Notes: a model not told the origin generated them from the sequence alone. A DNA stretch of 64,000 nt from Candidatus Bathyarchaeota archaeon (GCA_021161255.1 JAGHAZ010000056.1:862-64861); one strand, 5' to 3'. Positions 19,786 through 29,779 are shown, numbered from the stretch's first letter. Numbers and translations are program-made.

Positions 19786-20202
19786 TTGGGTCATAGAGGT
19801 TTCAGAGAGGAGAGAGAACTCGTCAATAGGCTTGAGAGGCTAGGGTTTGCTGTGTTGAGGGCTCCTGCATCGGGGGCTGGGACGAAGCTGGATAGGCCTG
19901 ACATCGTAGCCGGTAGGAGAGGCTTCTGCATAGCGGTCGAGGTTAAGACGACGAGGCGGAGGATTCTATACGTCAGAGCCGAGAGCCTAGAGCAGCTCAT
20001 AAGGTTCGCCGAAAGGTTCGGTGCGGAACCATACCTAGCCGTTAAGTTTAAACGGTCCGGATACGGCTGGCTTCTGCTTAAGCCGGGTTATATGGAGAAG
20101 ACGGGTAAGGGCTATAAGATAACTCTCGAAGAGGCCTCTAGAAAGGGTATGCCTCTCGAAGCACTCACATCGGCTAGGCTTGACGACTACCAGGGAGGCT
20201 GA
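19786..20202 (+). CDS. hjc: Holliday junction resolvase Hjc
   Basis: ERELVNRLERLGFAVLRAPASGAG...DIVAGR...IAVEVK gives the catalytic E/D/K constellation of archaeal Hjc. 138 aa. Confidence 0.85.
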   Translation: MGHRGFREERELVNRLERLGFAVLRAPASGAGTKLDRPDIVAGRRGFCIAVEVKTTRRRILYVRAESLEQLIRFAERFGAEPYLAVKFKRSGYGWLLLKPGYMEKTGKGYKITLEEASRKGMPLEALTSARLDDYQGG

Positions 20203-20209
20203 CCTCTCG

Positions 20210-20644
20210 ATGCCCCTGTTAGACGCAGATGACCTTGCGGATTTCATCGCTTCGAGATATCGCTACGCCTCTAAGATAGTAGAGGTGGGCGTAGGCTTCC
20301 AGTTCGACACGGCGCTGGCCTTGAAAAGAAAGCGACCCGAGCTTAGGCTTGTAGTGGTCGACAAAAATCCCGAATCCGTAGAGGAGGCTAGACGCCTAGG
20401 CTTAGAGGCTTACGTGGACGACGTTTGGAACCCGGACATGGGGATATACCGCAGCTCCTCGCTGATATACTCGGTCAGACCTCCACCCGAGCTCTTGGAG
20501 CCTATCCACAGAATAGCCAAAGCCGTAGGATGTAGCCTCCTGATACGTCCACTTTCGGGGGAATACCTTAGCCTTCCAGATGAGGCTAAGTGGCTCCGTA
20601 TAACCCATGGTAGAGCTAGGCTCCTCCTATATCCCCAGCGTTAG
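20210..20644 (+). CDS. UPF0146-family protein
   Basis: VEVGVGFQ...DKNPESV...DDVWNP...SLIYSVRPPPEL. I prefer the ATG at 20210 over 20180, which overlaps hjc. Confidence 0.5.
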   Translation: MPLLDADDLADFIASRYRYASKIVEVGVGFQFDTALALKRKRPELRLVVVDKNPESVEEARRLGLEAYVDDVWNPDMGIYRSSSLIYSVRPPPELLEPIHRIAKAVGCSLLIRPLSGEYLSLPDEAKWLRITHGRARLLLYPQR

Positions 20645-20717
20645 TCGATGTGTTCGAGACGGCGAAGGGTCAAATCTTTTATAGAGTTATAGGTTTTCAG
20701 TAGGTTTAGGTGTCTTT

Positions 20718-21614
20718 ATGGTTAGGATAAACTGTTGTTGGCTTTATGCTATAAGCAAGTACGGCTATCCGCCGCCTCTGGATAAGATGTTCACGGCTCT
20801 CGAAGAGATGGCTGACATGGGTTTCGAATACGTCGAGATCGAGGCCGTCGGCGAGGAAAACCTCAGAGAGATCCTCGCGAACAGGCAGAGACTCAGGGAG
20901 CACGTCGACTCGCTTAACCTCAAGGTCATAAACGTGTGCCCCATATTCACCGACCTAGTATCACCCGATAAATCGGCTAGGCGGAAAGCCCTCGAGCTCT
21001 TCAGGGAGACCTGTGAGCTGGCCACGTACTTCGACGCCGTTATGGTTCAAACGGATACGTTCTTCCCACCGCTCAAATTCGTAGGAGAAGTCCCCTACAA
21101 AGAGGCCATAAGCTTCGGTAAACCCTACAAGGTCGAGGTCGACCCGGAGTTCAGCTGGGAACGGTTCTGGAGGCTCCTCGTAGACAGTATGAGGAAATGC
21201 AACTGGATAGCCGAGGACTATGGTCTAAGGTTCTGCCTAGAGCCTAGGGTCGGTGAGACGGTCTCCAACACAGACGCGATGCTCAGGCTTGCGGAGGCTA
21301 TAGACAGCGAAAACTTCGGCGTCGTGCTGGATACGGGGCATCTCCACGCCCAGAAGGAGATACTTCCCCTGTCGGTCGAGAAGCTCGGGGAGCTCATAAT
21401 ATACGTGCATGCCTCGGACAACGACGGTAGAGACAACTACCACCTAGGCATAGGGAAGGGAACCGTGGACTGGATAGGGGTGCTTAAAGCCTTGAAGAAG
21501 CACGGCTTCGACGGCTTCATAGGGATCGACGTGGGAAACGTACCCGATATCGAACGTGAATACGTCGAAAGCAAGGCCAAGCTCGAACAGCTCATAAAAG
21601 AAGTCGGGCTTTAA
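20718..21614 (+). CDS. sugar phosphate isomerase/epimerase (xylose-isomerase-like TIM barrel), second paralog
   Basis: VLDTGHLH and IYVHASDND motifs of the same fold as 7480-8340. Confidence 0.65.
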   Translation: MVRINCCWLYAISKYGYPPPLDKMFTALEEMADMGFEYVEIEAVGEENLREILANRQRLREHVDSLNLKVINVCPIFTDLVSPDKSARRKALELFRETCELATYFDAVMVQTDTFFPPLKFVGEVPYKEAISFGKPYKVEVDPEFSWERFWRLLVDSMRKCNWIAEDYGLRFCLEPRVGETVSNTDAMLRLAEAIDSENFGVVLDTGHLHAQKEILPLSVEKLGELIIYVHASDNDGRDNYHLGIGKGTVDWIGVLKALKKHGFDGFIGIDVGNVPDIEREYVESKAKLEQLIKEVGL

Positions 21615-21713
21615 CAACGCAGCTATTTTTACTATTTTATTTTTAAGGCAAATATACAGGTTGGATGCGACCCTATGTTTTCAGGTCTCTGTGATAGACG
21701 AAAAATTAATTCT

Positions 21714-22091
21714 TTAAAACGACAGGCCCACTGGGAGTCTTTTACCGTCTTTGGAGTAGGCGGCTAGGTTTTCCAACCCTCTATAGGGGTATGCTATTAT
21801 CATCACTATCCTTCCGTATGCGTTGTTGAGGTCTTCCGCCGACGGGTTCAGGCTTCCGGATGGGTGGCTGTGTACGGTTCCGACTATCGAGAAGTCTATC
21901 GGTAGGTAGAAGAGCGGAATAGCCGAAAAACCTCTGCCCCTAGTCGCGAAGGGGGGTATGAGGAGATCCTCGACTTTTATCGAATCCCTTTCGACTTTCC
22001 CCCTTAACAGTAGAACACCCTCTCTAGGGTGTAGGGTTAAGGCATATGTTATTATGCTGTCTAAGACTTCTCTTGAGACCTCCACCCTCAA
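21714..22091 (-). CDS. JAMM/MPN+ metalloprotease (archaeal JAMM1-like desampylase candidate)
   Basis: E...HSHPSGSLNPSAEDL is the JAMM motif (HxHx7Sx2D). 125 aa. Confidence 0.75.
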   Translation of the reverse strand: MRVEVSREVLDSIITYALTLHPREGVLLLRGKVERDSIKVEDLLIPPFATRGRGFSAIPLFYLPIDFSIVGTVHSHPSGSLNPSAEDLNNAYGRIVMIIAYPYRGLENLAAYSKDGKRLPVGLSF

Positions 22092-22095
22092 CCGT

Positions 22096-23289
22096 TTAAC
22101 CAGCCTCTTGAAGCTTTTCGATAGCTACCTTGATCCTCTCTAGCCCCGCCTTTATCAAGTCTATCGACGTCGCATATGAGAACCTCAGATACCCCTCACC
22201 ACCAGGTCCGAACGCGGAACCGTGTAGGGTTGCTACCTTAGCCTCTTTTAGAAGGTATTCCACAAGCTCCCTCTCATCCATCCCCACGCCTTTTATGTTC
22301 GGGAACGCGTAGAAGGCGCCTAGAGGCTTCTTACATTTGAACCCTCTGATCCTATTCAGCCCGTCGACTATGACATCTCTTCTACGCCTATACTCGTCGA
22401 TCATCTTCTTAACGAAGTCCTGAGGCCCCCTAAGAGCCGCCACCGTAGCCTTCTGGACGAAGGCCGGTAGACACGAGACCAAGTTGTTCTGAAGCACCAC
22501 CATACGCTCTATGAACCTTCTATCGGCCGCTATATACCCTATCCTCCAACCGGTCATCGCGTAGGTTTTCGATAAGCTGTTAAGCAGGAGAACCCTGTCC
22601 CTGACTTCGGGTATCGAAACCACAGACTCGTGCTCGAACCCGTCGTAGATTATCTTATGGTATACGTCGTCCGTGATCAACACGAGGTTATGTCTCAAAG
22701 CTATCTCCGCTAACCCTTCGACATCACTCTTGGTGAGGACCGAGCCGCATGGGTTGTGGGGGCTGTTGATCACCACAGCCTTCGTCTTATCGGTGACCTT
22801 CGCCTCCACGTCTTCAGGGATCATCCTGAAGTCGTTCTCCTCCTTAAGCCTCACGAAGACGGGTTTGGCGTTCAGAAACCTTATAACCGACTCGTAGGCT
22901 GGGAAGGCTGGGTCCGGTATTATGACCTCATCACCCTCCTCGACCACGGTCGTCAAGGCGTAGAATATGGCGGCTTTACCCCCAGGTGTGGCGATTATCT
23001 CGTCGGGGCTATATTCTACCTTAAACTCCTCCTCGAGGTATTCGGATATGGCCTCTCTAAGCTCCAGTATACCAGGCGACGGTGTGTAGTGGGTGTACCC
23101 CTCCCTCAAAGCCTTTATAGCAGCCTCCTTTATGTGCTCCGGAGTGTCGAAGTCTGGCTCTCCGATCTCGAAATGTATAACGTCGTACCCCTCCCTCTCG
23201 AGCATCTTAGCCTTCTGGAGGATCACAAACGCAAATTCACCCTTCAACCTAAACATCCTGCTAGCCATAAACTTCTCCAACAGAAACAC
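22096..23289 (-). CDS. class I/II pyridoxal-phosphate aminotransferase (aspartate aminotransferase family)
   Basis: SLSKTYAMTGWRIGY PLP-lysine motif. About 390 aa. Confidence 0.85.
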   Translation of the reverse strand: MFLLEKFMASRMFRLKGEFAFVILQKAKMLEREGYDVIHFEIGEPDFDTPEHIKEAAIKALREGYTHYTPSPGILELREAISEYLEEEFKVEYSPDEIIATPGGKAAIFYALTTVVEEGDEVIIPDPAFPAYESVIRFLNAKPVFVRLKEENDFRMIPEDVEAKVTDKTKAVVINSPHNPCGSVLTKSDVEGLAEIALRHNLVLITDDVYHKIIYDGFEHESVVSIPEVRDRVLLLNSLSKTYAMTGWRIGYIAADRRFIERMVVLQNNLVSCLPAFVQKATVAALRGPQDFVKKMIDEYRRRRDVIVDGLNRIRGFKCKKPLGAFYAFPNIKGVGMDERELVEYLLKEAKVATLHGSAFGPGGEGYLRFSYATSIDLIKAGLERIKVAIEKLQEAG

Positions 23290-23412
23290 CTAAACTTCAT
23301 TTAAGGATGCTGAAGATACTTATAAAATTTAAGACCGAGATAGTTTAAAACGCTACTACCTATAGGAAAAGTTAAATTTGCCTCTGCTTTTTTCTCTGGA
23401 GGGTGTATCCTT

Positions 23413-23775
23413 ATGGCTACGGAGATGACGCTTAAGGAGTTGAAGAAGAAGGAGGAAGAGTACTCTGAACAGCTTAAGAAGCTTGAGGAGAAGAGGGCTC
23501 AACTGGAGAAGCGTATCTCGGAGCTTAAGAAGAAGCTGGACGAGCTTAGAGGTCAATATCGGAAAGCCCGGGATATGTATGAAGCCTACCGGATCGAGAA
23601 GGACATGTACGACCTATCCAGACGTATCTCCCCCTTGGAGAACGAGCTGTCTGAACTCGATAGGCGGATAAAGGGTCTTAAGACGTCGCTTGAGAAGGTT
23701 AGAAAAGACATCAAGTTTCTCGAGTTTCAGAAGAGGAGCGTCTGGGTTAGGGAGGAGGGTGGCTCCCAGACATAG
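23413..23775 (+). CDS. hypothetical coiled-coil protein
   Basis: 120 aa of K/E/L heptads. Confidence 0.35.
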   Translation: MATEMTLKELKKKEEEYSEQLKKLEEKRAQLEKRISELKKKLDELRGQYRKARDMYEAYRIEKDMYDLSRRISPLENELSELDRRIKGLKTSLEKVRKDIKFLEFQKRSVWVREEGGSQT

Positions 23776-23779
23776 ATAC

Positions 23780-24590
23780 CGGGCTAAGAGGCTAAGGTCT
23801 CCTTACTGGAGACCGGGCTTCGACTACGTAGACTTCATCGTCTCGAAAGTCAAGAATGTGGTCGAAAACAGAGATGTATTAGTGATATCTGAAAAGGCCA
23901 TATCGGCGGCCTCTGGAAACATGATCGACGAAGCTTTTTTTAAACCAAGTCTAACCGCGGGATTTCTGGCTCGTTTTTGGATGAGAATCGTATAGGGCTA
24001 TTTTTAGCACCCCTCTGTAGGCTTAAACCTGAAACCATAGCTAAGCTTAGGAACTATCCCTTAGAGGAGGGGTCCAGGCATAAGGAGGCGGCTCTGAGAG
24101 CCTCAGGTCTTCTACAGGCTTTAAGGGCGTTTTCAGAGGGCGGTTTAGACGTGGTGAACCTTCCCTACTCTTATGCCGCTCTCCCGCTTAGGAATGCGTC
24201 TAAGATAGCCGAGCATATAAGACGCAGGATACTAGAGGCGACCGGTAAGAGGGTTGCTGTAGTCATATCTGACAGCGATAAAACGTTCTCGATAGGGCCT
24301 ATACACTTATGCTCGAGACCTAACACATGAAGGGTCTCGTGGGGCTAGGTTTACTGGCCTACATCATAGGTGCGTCGCTCAGGTTTAAAGCCAGAGCCAC
24401 TCCTGTGGCGGCGTCGGGATGGACAGGCTTCTAGATATCTGCGAGGCTGCCGATAGGTTTAGAGGTTATGGAGCGGGTAGAAACATCTGGGAGGCTGCGA
24501 GAAGGTTTGGCGTAAGCTTAACCTCCATAAGCTGGGAGCTACTCGGTGAAATACCTCACTACCCGGTCGTTCTCATACGTAGAATCGACT
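23780..24590 (+). pseudogene. CofE-like (F420-0:gamma-glutamyl ligase family) gene broken into at least three reading frames
   Basis: Frame 2 reads ...RDVLVISEKAISAASGNMIDEAFF, frame 1 reads ...PLRNASKIAEHIRRRILEATGKRVAVVISDSDKTFSIG, and later frames read MKGLVGLGLLAY... and ...GEIPHYPVVLIRRID. Taken in order these resemble CofE motifs, including the PVVxVRG C-terminus. Frame changes fall near a T7AAA homopolymer (23935-23944), near 24330, and near 24420. Confidence 0.4.
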
Positions 24591-24649
24591 GAACCGGAGC
24601 AACATATTTTTAAATACATGTTGTCTTCTGAATTATCGGCTTGTAAACC

Positions 24650-25867
24650 ATGCCGGTCAGGATAGGGATAATCGGGAAGACGAACACCGGTAAGACTACG
24701 TTCTTCAACGCGGCGACCCTGTTGAGTGCGCGTATAGGGAAGTTTCCGTTCACAACCAAGACTCCTCAACGCGGCATCGGGTATGCTAAGACCCTATGCG
24801 TATGTAGAGAGCTCGGAGTCAAAGATAACCCTCAGAACTCCGTCTGCATAGAGGGCTGGAGGTTTATACCGGTCGAGCTCGTAGACCTGCCGGGTCTCAT
24901 AGAGGGAGCTTGGAAAGGCCGTGGTCTCGGGAACGAGTTTCTATCGGTGGCTGCGCAGGCTGATGCGCTCATCCACATGGTAGATGCCTCAGGAAGCATA
25001 GACTCCGAGGGCCGTATAGCCGAGCCCGGCACAGGAGACCCTGTTCGAGACTTCTACGACATCGAGAGGGAGATAGTTCTCTGGATGGCTAAGATAATCG
25101 AGAGTAAGAGAAAGTATATAGAGAAGACTATCGAGAGCCGTAGGGATACGCTTAAAGGAGCTCTAGCATCCGTCTTGACGGGGCTTAGGGTCAATGAGGG
25201 CCACGTCGCCCAGGCCCTGGAGATGTCAGGCATGGCTTCGAAGGCTTTTCACGACTGGTCCCGGGAAGACCTTTTAACGTTCTCGACCGTTCTCAGGAAG
25301 GTAGCTAAACCGACTATAGTCGTAGCTAATAAGATGGATATACCGTTGGCCGAGGATAACTACAAGAGGCTTGTAGACGAGCTTTCACCCATACCGGTCG
25401 TACCTGCCTCGGCCGAGGCCGAGCTAATCTTAAGGAGAGCCGAGCGGAGGGGGTTGATAAGGTACATACCCGGCGAAGAGATATTCGAAGTCAAAGACCC
25501 TTCGAAGCTTAACGAGAAGCAGAAGTGGGCTTTAGACTACATCCAGGAGAGGGTTTTAAACAAGTGGTGGAGGACAGGGGTTCAATTCGCCGTGAACGTC
25601 GTGGTGTTTAAGCTTCTCAGGATGAACGCCGTGTATCCGGTCGAAGATGAGAAGAAGCTTACAGACCACCATGGGAACGTGCTTCCCGATGTATACCTCA
25701 TGCCTCCGGATGCGACGGTTCTAGACCTCGCGGCTGAAATACATACAGAACTTGCTAAGACGATGATATATGCTATCGATGCGCGTACAGGTCTGAGATT
25801 GCCTAAAGATTATAAGCTCAGAGATAGGGATATCATAAAAATAGTGGCTGCGGCACGTAGAGGATAG
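24650..25867 (+). CDS. Obg/YchF-like P-loop GTPase with a C-terminal TGS domain
   Basis: GIIGKTNTGKTTFFNA P-loop, PFTTKTP G2 region, a coiled-coil insert, and a TGS-like C-terminus. Confidence 0.7.
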   Translation: MPVRIGIIGKTNTGKTTFFNAATLLSARIGKFPFTTKTPQRGIGYAKTLCVCRELGVKDNPQNSVCIEGWRFIPVELVDLPGLIEGAWKGRGLGNEFLSVAAQADALIHMVDASGSIDSEGRIAEPGTGDPVRDFYDIEREIVLWMAKIIESKRKYIEKTIESRRDTLKGALASVLTGLRVNEGHVAQALEMSGMASKAFHDWSREDLLTFSTVLRKVAKPTIVVANKMDIPLAEDNYKRLVDELSPIPVVPASAEAELILRRAERRGLIRYIPGEEIFEVKDPSKLNEKQKWALDYIQERVLNKWWRTGVQFAVNVVVFKLLRMNAVYPVEDEKKLTDHHGNVLPDVYLMPPDATVLDLAAEIHTELAKTMIYAIDARTGLRLPKDYKLRDRDIIKIVAAARRG

Positions 25868-25947
25868 CACTATCTGTGTAAAAATTTGTCTCAAACATTT
25901 CGTTTAGAAACTTCTTAATGGTTTAATTAGTTTTATTTAGGTTTAAC

Positions 25948-26724
25948 GTGTATTTTTGTGACGTGGTTTTTACAGAAAATAGAGTGAGGACCGGCATATC
26001 AGGTCTCGATGAGCTCATAGAAGGGGGTCTGCCCAGAGGGTTCTGCTATACGGTTATGGGCGGCCCCGGCTCGGGGAAAACCCTCTTCGGTGTTCAATTC
26101 CTCTACAACGGAGCTACCCTATATGGTGAAAACGGGATATACGTCACCCTCGAGGAGCCTCCGTATTCGATAGCGAACAACGCCCGTAGGTTTGGTTGGG
26201 ACCTCTATAGGCTTGAGACGGCGAGGAAGCTGGTCTTTGTAGATGCTTCTCCCATAAGGGGGTTAGGTAGAGCCGCTCCGTTGTATACGCTTAGAGCCCC
26301 TATAGGCTCCCACGAGTTCAGCATAGACGACATCATAGGTCTCATCGGCGAGGCTAAGCGAAGCATAGACGCTAAACGATGTGTCATAGACTCACTAACC
26401 GCCTTAACGGTTCAGTACGATAGCCCGTTTGAGGTCCGGTATAGCGTGCTCAGGCTTGTCAAGGCCTTGACAGAGACCGGTCTCACAACCTTGTTGCTTT
26501 CAGAGCTTAGCGAGGAGAGGGTGGATGCTCAACGGTTCGGATTCGAGGCTTTCATAGCTCAAGGCGTAATCGTACTGCACATGATCCGTATCGGCGACTC
26601 CATAAGCCGGGCTTTAGAGGTGCGTAAGATGAGGGGGGTAAAACACCTCCAGAGACTGTGCCCCATGAGGATCACGGATAAGGGCATAGAGGTGTTCCCC
26701 GAGGAGAAGATCTTCGGTCTCTAA
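25948..26724 (+). CDS. KaiC/RadA-like RecA-superfamily ATPase (single KaiC domain)
   Basis: GISGLDELIEGGLPRG...GGPGSGKT Walker A in the KaiC arrangement. 258 aa. Confidence 0.75.
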   Translation: MYFCDVVFTENRVRTGISGLDELIEGGLPRGFCYTVMGGPGSGKTLFGVQFLYNGATLYGENGIYVTLEEPPYSIANNARRFGWDLYRLETARKLVFVDASPIRGLGRAAPLYTLRAPIGSHEFSIDDIIGLIGEAKRSIDAKRCVIDSLTALTVQYDSPFEVRYSVLRLVKALTETGLTTLLLSELSEERVDAQRFGFEAFIAQGVIVLHMIRIGDSISRALEVRKMRGVKHLQRLCPMRITDKGIEVFPEEKIFGL

Positions 26725-26742
26725 CCTCTAGGAGGTGAAACG

Positions 26743-27672
26743 GTGAGACCCCAGAGTTTCGTGAAGCTTCTCGAGAGCTTCTATGTAGTTAAGCCTCTTA
26801 ATCCGTTCAAATCGCGGGTTAAATACATGACCAGTTTTAAGCTTGCTATAAACCCGTATAGAGGCTGTCCGTATAAATGTCTGTACTGCTACATATACGG
26901 CTATACTAGGCTGTCTGATATCAAGCATCCTGCTACTAGGAAACTCTTTAAAAGGAGGCTTAGACGGGATATCAAGGAATACGCTAGGCTCGGTCTTCCG
27001 AAGTACCCTGTCTATCTGTCCCCGAGCTGCGAGCCTCTACATCCCTTCCTAGAAAGTAGATATGGGAACACACTCTACGCGTTGAAGACCCTTAAAGAAG
27101 AGGGTTTCCCCGTGATCATCTCGACCAAGAATCCGTCTCAGCTTCTTAAAGAGGAGTACCTGGAGGCTTTGGATAAGGACTCGACCACTATACATATCTC
27201 GATACCTTTCCTAGACAACCGTTTCGAACCCAATACCTCGTTACCTATAGGCAGGATCTGGGCCGCATCTAAACTGGTAAAGGAGGGGTTAAACGTTTAC
27301 ATTAGGGTTGAACCTGTAATACCGTCCTACGGTGCTGTAGCAGGGCAGTCGAAGATGGAGCTTAAGACGATAGTTAAAGAGGCTAGGAAGGCGGGTGTGT
27401 ACGATATAATCTCCAAGTGTCTTCTACTCTCGATAGGGGTTAGCAAGGTTTACCCCAGCTTCTATAAGGAGCTTAAGCCTTATTATCTCAGGCATGGCTA
27501 CTGCGACGGAACATACTACATGCTAGACTACAATACAAGGATCAAGTTACTTATGCCGCTATACGAGGCTTGTAGAAGAAACAACGTCCGGCTCTGGACG
27601 CAGGTGAACGACCTACCTTTCTCCGAAGCTCCATCCTGCAACGAGTTCGAAGGTCTTATGTATCTAAGATGA
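26743..27672 (+). CDS. radical SAM protein, SPL/DNA-repair-photolyase-like family (COG1533-like)
   Basis: AINPYRGCPYKCLYCY is the CxxxxCxxC cluster motif used by the SplB-like group. GTG start 19 nt after the KaiC-like stop. Confidence 0.55.
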   Translation: MRPQSFVKLLESFYVVKPLNPFKSRVKYMTSFKLAINPYRGCPYKCLYCYIYGYTRLSDIKHPATRKLFKRRLRRDIKEYARLGLPKYPVYLSPSCEPLHPFLESRYGNTLYALKTLKEEGFPVIISTKNPSQLLKEEYLEALDKDSTTIHISIPFLDNRFEPNTSLPIGRIWAASKLVKEGLNVYIRVEPVIPSYGAVAGQSKMELKTIVKEARKAGVYDIISKCLLLSIGVSKVYPSFYKELKPYYLRHGYCDGTYYMLDYNTRIKLLMPLYEACRRNNVRLWTQVNDLPFSEAPSCNEFEGLMYLR

Positions 27673-27683
27673 CGACTTCATAG

Positions 27684-28064
<381 letters not shown>

Positions 28065-28086
28065 GTCATGCCGGGAGCCCCTTCAC

Positions 28087-28330
28087 TCTAGGAGCTTGGT
28101 GAGGGCTTCCACCAGCTTCTCCTTCTCCCGGTATATTTCCGCTTCTCTCGATTTTATGAGGAGGTTTATGAGGTCTACTATGGGCTTGACGAGGCTTGAA
28201 GTTATCAGGTAGTCTAGGAGTTCGTGTCTCAGAGCTTGAACCGCCCTATCCTCATCAGCCTCGTATATGCGGATCGTTCTGCCCTCAACCTCGCCGGAGA
28301 GACCTGCCGAGCGTCTTAGGCTCAGACTTC
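28087..28330 (-). pseudogene. start-less ORF fragment, possibly PaREP1-related
   Basis: An open frame of about 80 codons with no start codon (...ALRHELLDYLITSSLVKPIVDLINLL...KEKLVEALTKLLE*). It is not in the ORF track because it lacks an initiation codon. Confidence 0.2.
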
Positions 28331-28546
28331 ATGGTCGCGGGCGGGTTCGCCCTATACTTCAACCCAGCCAGCCGAACAGCATATCTTGAGAGACCTCTCA
28401 ATACTGGAGAATACCATTAAGTAAACGGACAGCATAATGGATATGCTTATAAGTTTACCGCAAGAAAGCTCCCCCATCTTTAGCGGGGGGTAGGTTACAG
28501 CTAAAAAGATAAGGGAGCTTGGGTTGATTAATGATGGGGTGTAGCC

Positions 28547-28925
28547 GTGTCTGAGACGCGCGTTAAGCTTATGGAGAGGTTTTTAGAGGAGGGTAAGCGG
28601 CTGGTCGACGAGGATCCTGTTCAAGCTTCCGAGAAGCTCTATAAGGCTGCTGAGAAGGCTGTTAAGCAGCTCGCCCGCTCCCTCGGGGTGGAGGATGTGC
28701 TTAAGCTCGTCGAGGAGAGGGGGTAGGTGGACCGTGACAGACCTGGAGAAGGTTGTTAGGAGGCTCAGGAGCCTAGAGCCGGGCGTGGTAGGCTGGTGGG
28801 ATAACGCAAACTACCTACACGTGTGGGGTTTCCACGAAGCCAAGCTCGACAGCGAGTCCGTGAAGATTAGATTGCCGAGCGTGGAGAAAATCGTTAAGCT
28901 TGCCCTACTCCACACCACCACGTAA
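28547..28925 (+). pseudogene. PaREP1-family gene with an internal frameshift
   Basis: Frame A reads VSETRVKLMERFLEEGKRLVDEDPVQASEKLYKAAEKAVKQLARSLGVEDVLKLVEERG*. Frame B continues RWTVTDLEKVVRRL...WWDNANYLHVWGFHEAKLD. Together these give the PaREP1 signature (KLYKAAE...A..LHV.GFHE), split near 28728. Confidence 0.5.
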
Positions 28926-29439
28926 GACGGATGGCGAGAGGGTTGTCGATACATGCTTCATAGAGCTCAAATTCGTTCAAGGAGCCGGATGCGGGCAATC
29001 ACTGAAGCCATCCATAGAGGTTTTAACGTATACCTAGTTATGCTCGTATATCTTCCAGGTCGGAGGATTAAGATATTAGTTTATAAGGCATTTGGTTAAG
29101 CGGGGGAGGCGAAGATTTTAATGACACCCTACTCCCAACATCTCGGCTTCCAGCATCTTGGGCACCTCCCTCACCCAGTACGGCAGCTTCTCTAGAATAG
29201 TGGGCTTTTCTCGTTGACGTCTTTCTGCGGTAGGCCTAGATAGTCTACCCGGTTTGTTCAATCTCTTGTGGTGTACCCTGCCGGTGGAAGGAGACGCTCA
29301 GCTCGACGGCTGTCGACTGGGACGACGTTCGAGCGCTCTAGACCCTGGGGGGCGGAGCGCGTGCCGGCCGCCATATAGCGGCCGGGAGACTGGAGCGTAC
29401 GTGGTCCACACCCTCTCCCTATCAAGCTTGATAAGCTCG

Positions 29440-29759
29440 TCAGGTGAAAGCCCAGACCACTCGACAAACCAAGCCAACGCCTTCAAGTAGAGCTTAACCG
29501 TGCCGACAGAACCCCTCCTCCAAAGCCTCCTAAGAAACCTATCCACCGAGCCATACTCAGACCTCTTAAGAGCCCGGTCAATCTTCAGCACATCGACGTA
29601 AAACGGCCTACCCATACCTGTCGAGCAATAGGGGATGGTAGAATAAAGAGTTACCCTCATTAGGGGGTGGGTATGCCGGCCGTAACCCTCCTTCTGTTTT
29701 AGGTGGGATTCGACTAACGCGGCATACCGGAGCCTCGGGCGGAGGCTCATAGGCTCCAT
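29440..29759 (-). mobile_element. orphan N-terminal (SAM-like, core-binding) fragment of a tyrosine integrase
   Basis: TVKLYLKALAWFVEWSGLSPDELIKLDRERV is a phage-integrase N-terminal SAM-like motif, and no catalytic domain follows. The ORF nominally runs to 29298 through a GC-rich non-protein-like block. This is the pattern expected for the int(N) half of an SSV-type partitioned integrase. Confidence 0.35.
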
Positions 29760-29779
29760 TCGCCTTGACGCCCGCAGGT

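Noticed and set aside
20180-20209. Earlier start for the UPF0146 gene overlapping hjc
   Set aside because: An in-frame ATG at 20210 gives a typical UPF0146 N-terminus without a 23-nt overlap into the Hjc C-terminus.
23690-24330. Treating ORFs 23690-23995 and 23977-24330 as two independent small genes
   Set aside because: Their translations are consecutive pieces of one CofE-like protein, and the first ORF's start overlaps the preceding coiled-coil gene. I interpret them as a single disrupted gene.
29254-29460. Canonical tRNA at the end of the integrase N-fragment
   Set aside because: I could not build a cloverleaf on either strand by eye. There is no GGTTCRAATCC-type T-arm with a matching acceptor stem. 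I keep it only as a possibility if introns are present.
29254-29490. Short ORFs on both strands inside GC-rich block 1
   Set aside because: Arg/Pro/Gly-rich translations are typical of stop-poor GC-rich RNA-like sequence, and there are no motifs.
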